In this document: piece by piece, positions 59,636 through 64,000 of the stretch
Numbering within the stretch: the stretch's first letter is position 1
How the letters are laid out: each line of letters begins with the position of its first letter
Origin: Anaeromyxobacteraceae bacterium
GTDB lineage: Bacteria > Myxococcota > Myxococcia > Myxococcales > Anaeromyxobacteraceae
NCBI GenBank assembly: GCA_047602405.1
Contig: JASGHJ010000002.1
Location: 2,496,001 to 2,560,000, forward strand
Direction of reading: 5' to 3'
DNA length: 64,000 bases
The notes under the pieces: model-generated
Told to the model about the DNA's origin: nothing
Databases searched by the model: none
The model's input: the letters and a program-made list of their open reading frames with translations, nothing else
Program-made: the position numbers and the translations under genes

Positions 59636-60712
59636 ATGCCGGGTGACGATCACAGGCCGGAGGACGAGGTCGAGAAGCTGCTCGAGGCCTCCGCGGCCGC
59701 GTTCGAGGCGGGCGAGCTCGAGGAGGCGCTCGCGCGCGCCGAGGACGCGCTCGCCCTCGAACCCCGCTCGGTCGCCGCGCTCCACCACCGCGCCGCCGCC
59801 CTCGCCGAGCTCGGCCAGATCGAGGAGGCCCAGGCCGCCTACGAGAAGGCGCTCGTCCCGGGGAAGGACGACCCGGAGCTCCTGCTCGGCGCCGCCGACT
59901 TCCTCGTGAACGTGCAGGCGGGCGACGACGACGCCGGCGACCCGGACCGCCTCGAGCGCGCCCTCGAGCTCGCGCGCAAGGGCGGCAAGCTCGCCACGAA
60001 GGCCGGGGACCACCCGCTCGCCGGCGAGCTCGCCATCGTGCAGGCGGCCGCGCTGAACCAGCTCGGGCGGAACGCCGAGGCGCTCGAGCGGCTCCTCCGC
60101 GGCGACGAGACGTCCCCCGACACGTGGCTCGAGCGCGCCGCCGCGCTCTTCGAGCTCTGCCGCTTCGACGAGGCGCGCGGCGCCGCCGAGCGCGCCGAGG
60201 CGCTCGCCCCCGAGGCCGGGTGGGCTCAGCACCTGCTCGGCCTCCTCGCCGAGCGCCGCGGCGACGAGGCGGAGGCGAAGCGGCGCTTCCGCCGCGCGCG
60301 CGACCTCGACCCGGACGCGTTCCCGCTCGCCATCGGGCTCTCGCACAAGGAGTTCGAGCGCGTCGTCGAGGAGGCGCTCGAGGAGATCCCGGAGGAGGTC
60401 CGCCGCTACCTCGCGAACGTGCCGATCACCGTCGAGGACCTCCCCGCCGACCACGACCTCCTCGGCGCCGACCCGCCGCTCTCGCCCGGCATCCTCGGGC
60501 TGTTCCGCGGCGCACCCTACGGCGCGAAGGCCGCCATCGGCGATCCGTGGAGCCACCTCCCCTCCTCGATCGCGCTCTACCAGCGGAACCTCGAGCGCTA
60601 CGCCCGCGACCGAGACGAGCTCATCCAGGAGATCGGCGTCACGCTCGTCCACGAGGTCGGCCACTTCCTCGGCCTCGACGAGGACGAGCTGTGGGAGCGG
60701 GGGCTGGGGTAG
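59636..60712 (+). CDS. TPR-repeat protein with C-terminal minimal zincin (Zincin_1-like) metallopeptidase
   Basis: TPR helices, ILGLFRG, IALYQRNL, TLVHEVGHFLGLDEDEL. Confidence 0.88.
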   Translation: MPGDDHRPEDEVEKLLEASAAAFEAGELEEALARAEDALALEPRSVAALHHRAAALAELGQIEEAQAAYEKALVPGKDDPELLLGAADFLVNVQAGDDDAGDPDRLERALELARKGGKLATKAGDHPLAGELAIVQAAALNQLGRNAEALERLLRGDETSPDTWLERAAALFELCRFDEARGAAERAEALAPEAGWAQHLLGLLAERRGDEAEAKRRFRRARDLDPDAFPLAIGLSHKEFERVVEEALEEIPEEVRRYLANVPITVEDLPADHDLLGADPPLSPGILGLFRGAPYGAKAAIGDPWSHLPSSIALYQRNLERYARDRDELIQEIGVTLVHEVGHFLGLDEDELWERGLG

Positions 60713-60731
60713 GCACCGGCGCCGAACGACA

Positions 60732-60805
60732 AACCCCTCCCCTCGCTGGGGCGAGGAGAGGGGCGGGAGCAAGCTGCCGGGGAGGGGTGCGCCGAGCACC
60801 CCTCC
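60732..60805. repeat. Degenerate REP-like palindromes between convergent genes
   Basis: CCCCTC...GAGGGG and GGAGGGGTGC/GCACCCCTCC stems; shares TGGGGCGAGGAG with 1791-1802. Confidence 0.45.
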
Positions 60806-60811
60806 AGCAAG

Positions 60812-62314
60812 TCAGTTGTCGAGCTCCGCCTCGTCGGCCGGGGCCGAGGTCGAGTCGGGGTACGGGCGCCAGCGGGCCTTCACGATGGTCGTGCCGGGGG
60901 TCACGGCCGCGAGGAAGGCCTCGAGGGTCATGCCGCCCTCGGCGAGGTCGTTGAGCGAGGCCTTCGAGAGGTCGACCACGATGCCCGCGATGGTGACCGA
61001 GGACGCCGTCTTCGCCGTCACGAGGCCGCGGAGGAAGGCGCGATTGGCGGGCTTGAAGTCCTTGAGCTCGAAGCGGGTCGCGTTGACCGCGGTGCCGTCC
61101 TTCGACATCGTGCCGCGGACCTCGACGGCGGTGCCGACCGTGGCGGCGGCGACGCCGAGGCCCTGGGTGGACGGGGTCACGTTCACCTTGAGGCCGAGGA
61201 CGGTGATGGTGCCGGCCGTCTCGTCCCTCGCCTCGACGTTCGCCTCGATGCGGACCGACGCCTTGAACTGGATCTTCGAGGCCGCGAGCACGCCATCCTG
61301 GCCGACCGCGCCCTCGACCTCGACCTTCACGCCCTCCACGAGGTCGTCCGCCGTGCCGCCCACGTAGCTCGTGCTCGCCGAGTACGAGACCTTGGTGTCG
61401 CCGATGCTGAAGCCGGTGAGGGTGAGGTTCGTGACGATGCCCTCGACCTCGTGCTCGCCCTGGTGCTCGGACTCGTCCTCGCGCTCGTCCTCCTGCTTCA
61501 CGGAGAGGGCGAACAGCGCGCCGGCGTCGTTCTTCGACCCGTCGGTCTTCACCTCGAGGAAGTCGTCGACGGCGATGACCGGGGCGGGCGTGATCTTCGA
61601 GACGTCGATCGCGAGCTCGGACGTGCCGCCCTTCGAGAAGGAGAGGTCGACGGTGGTGCCGCTCACGGCCACGACCCAGCCCTTCACCTCCTGGTCCTCG
61701 CCCTGCCGGTCGTCGCGGACGCGGACCATCGTGGCCGAGAGGCCGCCCTTGCCGTCGCCGTGGCCGGAGACCTCGACGCGGGTGCCGGCCGTGAGCGAGG
61801 TCCTGTCGACCTTGTCGCCGTGACGGTCGACGACGTTCGTGTCGTCGTCCATCGAGACGTGGTGGCCCAGGACGTCGAGCGAGTTCGCGTCGTGCGCCTC
61901 GACCTCGCCCTCGACCTCGTGCTCGAACTCGACCTCGGCGGCCTCGGCCTCGCCGCCGGAGGAGCCTTCGGAGAGCGCGCCCGCGGCGGTGCCGGCGGCG
62001 CGGACGGTCACGATCATGCCGGTGACGAGGTACTTCGAGAGATCGGCGTTCGAGGCGAGGGTGACGGAGGCGACCGCCTCGTCCGGCATCGAGAGCCTCG
62101 CGCCGGCGACGCGGTAGGTGGTGCCGTTCACGGTGAAGCCGGCGGCGGTGATGGCGGAGATGGCGCCGCGGGAGGTGGGGCCGGTGGCGGCCGGGCCGTT
62201 GCCGTCGCCCTTCGGGCCGGCGGAGCCGCCGCAGGCGGCGACGAAGGAGGAGGCGACGAGGGCGAGGAGCAGCTTCGAGAGGGTGTTCCTGGAGGGCTGC
62301 GTCTTGGAGATCAT
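60812..62314 (-). CDS. Lipoprotein with repeated DUF5666-like OB-fold domains
   Basis: Lipobox VAAC-GG; repeated EVEG/EVKG/VEVSG/VEVRG units. Confidence 0.75.
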   Translation of the reverse strand: MISKTQPSRNTLSKLLLALVASSFVAACGGSAGPKGDGNGPAATGPTSRGAISAITAAGFTVNGTTYRVAGARLSMPDEAVASVTLASNADLSKYLVTGMIVTVRAAGTAAGALSEGSSGGEAEAAEVEFEHEVEGEVEAHDANSLDVLGHHVSMDDDTNVVDRHGDKVDRTSLTAGTRVEVSGHGDGKGGLSATMVRVRDDRQGEDQEVKGWVVAVSGTTVDLSFSKGGTSELAIDVSKITPAPVIAVDDFLEVKTDGSKNDAGALFALSVKQEDEREDESEHQGEHEVEGIVTNLTLTGFSIGDTKVSYSASTSYVGGTADDLVEGVKVEVEGAVGQDGVLAASKIQFKASVRIEANVEARDETAGTITVLGLKVNVTPSTQGLGVAAATVGTAVEVRGTMSKDGTAVNATRFELKDFKPANRAFLRGLVTAKTASSVTIAGIVVDLSKASLNDLAEGGMTLEAFLAAVTPGTTIVKARWRPYPDSTSAPADEAELDN

Positions 62315-62510
62315 GGGTGGGTCCGTCCTTTCAGCCGGGACACACCGATCGCTGCGGCGATGCGACACGCCTCCGAAGGGGCGTCTTTTCGAACCGTGGC
62401 CGCGCCCATCTGCGAGAGAATGAGGTGCGGAGAAGAGGTCGTGCCGTGTGCGACACGGGGGTGTCCCACGGCGCGCGCGAGCGGTGTAACCGCCACAGGA
62501 GAGCGGGACC

Positions 62511-63029
62511 TTGGCCGACGGCCCGAGCAGAGCCGCAGCGCTGTACCGCACCTACGGCCCCGCCGTTTACCGGCGGTGCCTGAAGCTGCTCCGCGACCCC
62601 GAGGTGGCGAAGGACGCCACGCAGGACGTGTTCATGAAGCTCGTGAAGGACATGGACCGGCTCACCGACGAGCACGCCCTGCCGTGGATCTACCGGGTCG
62701 CGACGAACCACTGCCTCAACCTGCTCCGCTCCCGCCGCCGCCGCGGGGAGGAGGTCGACGTGGCCGACGACGCGCTCGACCTCGCCCCCGCCCGGCCCCA
62801 GGGCTCGGCCGCCGGCGACGACCACTCCCCTTACCCGGCGCGCGCGCTCGCGGCCTCGGTGCTCGCGCAGTTCGACGAAGGGACGCAGGCGGTCGCGGTC
62901 GGCATCCTGGTCGACGGGATGGAGCAGGAGGAGCTCGCGGGTGCCCTCGGCATCTCGCGCAAGACCGTCCAGCGGCGCCTCGAGCGGTTCCTCGAGCGCG
63001 CGCGCGCCTTCCTGTCGGGAGCCGACTAG
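62511..63029 (+). CDS. ECF sigma factor
   Basis: AKDATQDVF, WIYRVATNHCLN, LGISRKTVQRRL; AGGAG upstream of TTG. Confidence 0.88.
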   Translation: MADGPSRAAALYRTYGPAVYRRCLKLLRDPEVAKDATQDVFMKLVKDMDRLTDEHALPWIYRVATNHCLNLLRSRRRRGEEVDVADDALDLAPARPQGSAAGDDHSPYPARALAASVLAQFDEGTQAVAVGILVDGMEQEELAGALGISRKTVQRRLERFLERARAFLSGAD

Positions 63030-63779
63030 ATGACCGCCTCGCCCGGGACCCCCTGCCCCTCCGACCTCGCCCTCGAGGCGCACCTCCTCGACCCCGCGGC
63101 CTCGAAGCTCGGGCCCCACCTCGCCGCCTGCGCCGCCTGCGCCGCGCGCCTCCACGCGATGGAGCGCCAGGGCGAGGACTTCCGGCGCTTCGTCTACCCG
63201 GTCACCGTGGAGAAGGTGGAGGAGGCCGCCGGGAAGTCCCGCCGCCGCTCCTTCTGGCTCCTCGCGCCGGTGCCGATCTTCGCGGCGCTGCTCGCGGTCG
63301 TGATGCTCCGGCCTGCAGTCCAGCCCCCGGGCGACGACTACACCGGCCTCAAGGGCGCGGCCGGCGGGGTCGGGCTCACCGTGTTCACGCCGGGGAGCGC
63401 CGGCGCGACGCCGCTCGCCGACGGCGCGCACCTCGGCGCCTCCGCCGCGCTCCGGTTCCGCGTCCGCACCGCCGAGCCGTGCCGCCTGCTCCTCTTCTCC
63501 GTCGACGCGACGGGCGCGGTCTCCCGGCTTCACACCGAGGAGGGCGCGCTCCCCCCCGGGCAGCACGACCTCGAGGGCGGCGCGGTGCTCGACGGCAAGG
63601 CCGGACCGGAGCGGTTCTACGCGCTCTGCGCAGGTGGCCTCGCGTGGCCCGACGTGGAGGCGCTCGCGAAGGGCGCCGCCGGCGGCGGCCCGGACGCCGT
63701 GCGCCGGGCCGGTGCGCTCGGCGGCACCGCCGCGAAGCTCGCCCAGGCGAGCGTGCTCGTCGAGAAGGACGCTCCGTGA
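63030..63779 (+). CDS. Zinc-finger anti-sigma-like membrane protein with DUF4384-like C-terminal domain
   Basis: HLAACAAC, one TM segment, KG linker, VLDGKAGPERFYAL; starts immediately after the sigma stop. Confidence 0.7.
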   Translation: MTASPGTPCPSDLALEAHLLDPAASKLGPHLAACAACAARLHAMERQGEDFRRFVYPVTVEKVEEAAGKSRRRSFWLLAPVPIFAALLAVVMLRPAVQPPGDDYTGLKGAAGGVGLTVFTPGSAGATPLADGAHLGASAALRFRVRTAEPCRLLLFSVDATGAVSRLHTEEGALPPGQHDLEGGAVLDGKAGPERFYALCAGGLAWPDVEALAKGAAGGGPDAVRRAGALGGTAAKLAQASVLVEKDAP

Positions 63780-64000
63780 ACCGGATCCTCCTCGCCCTCG
63801 GCCTCGCCGCCGCGGCGCTCGCCGCGCCCGCCCCGGCCCGCGCGGCCGCCGCGCGCTTCGCGGTGGTCGCCGGCGTCAACGAGGGCGCACCCGGCCGGCC
63901 GAAGCTCTGGTTCGCCGAGAAGGACGCCGAGCGGTTCCGCCGCGCGCTCGTCGAGCTCGGCGGGTTCGAGGACGACCGGGTCACGGTCGTGCCGGGCGGC
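63776..64000 (+). CDS. Secreted caspase-like (peptidase C14) protein, N-terminal fragment
   Basis: Signal peptide then RFAVVAGVNEG...LWFAEKDAERFRRALVELGGF; GTG overlaps the upstream stop; runs off the window before any catalytic residues. Confidence 0.6.
   Translation, partial: MNRILLALGLAAAALAAPAPARAAAARFAVVAGVNEGAPGRPKLWFAEKDAERFRRALVELGGFEDDRVTVVPGG

Overview
Very GC-rich chromosomal window from a myxobacterium, most likely Anaeromyxobacter-like (inferred from romR, frzS, a TIGR02266-type PilZ protein and gene order). Most of it is core genome: miaB, a thiolase/CoA-transferase cluster, udg-nfeD-stomatin, coaBC, ECF sigma/anti-sigma-frzS, murJ, coaX, birA, nadC, valS-romR and a stand-alone groEL with a CIRCE-like operator. 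The most interesting material is non-coding and mobile. (1) A complete ~1.47-kb IS1111-type IS110 element (12403-13874) whose ends, AG core, circle-junction promoter and candidate bridge/seekRNA target and donor guides can be read from the sequence. (2) The IS sits in an attC-like hairpin that is itself enclosed by an inverted pair of ~280-bp structured repeats. (3) The same repeat family recurs as a ~440-bp palindrome at 49328-49766, with compensatory base changes and GNA triloops suggesting single-stranded-DNA hairpins (REPIN-like). (4) A RAYT-like HUH/Y1 transposase is bounded by its own C/G-tract inverted repeats. Also notable: a histone-H1-like ORF nested in frame at the end of valS with its own Shine-Dalgarno, an ECF sigma/anti-sigma/caspase-like module at the right edge, and three +1 A frameshifts that are probably sequencing errors. 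All calls are by-eye motif recognition; no searches were run.
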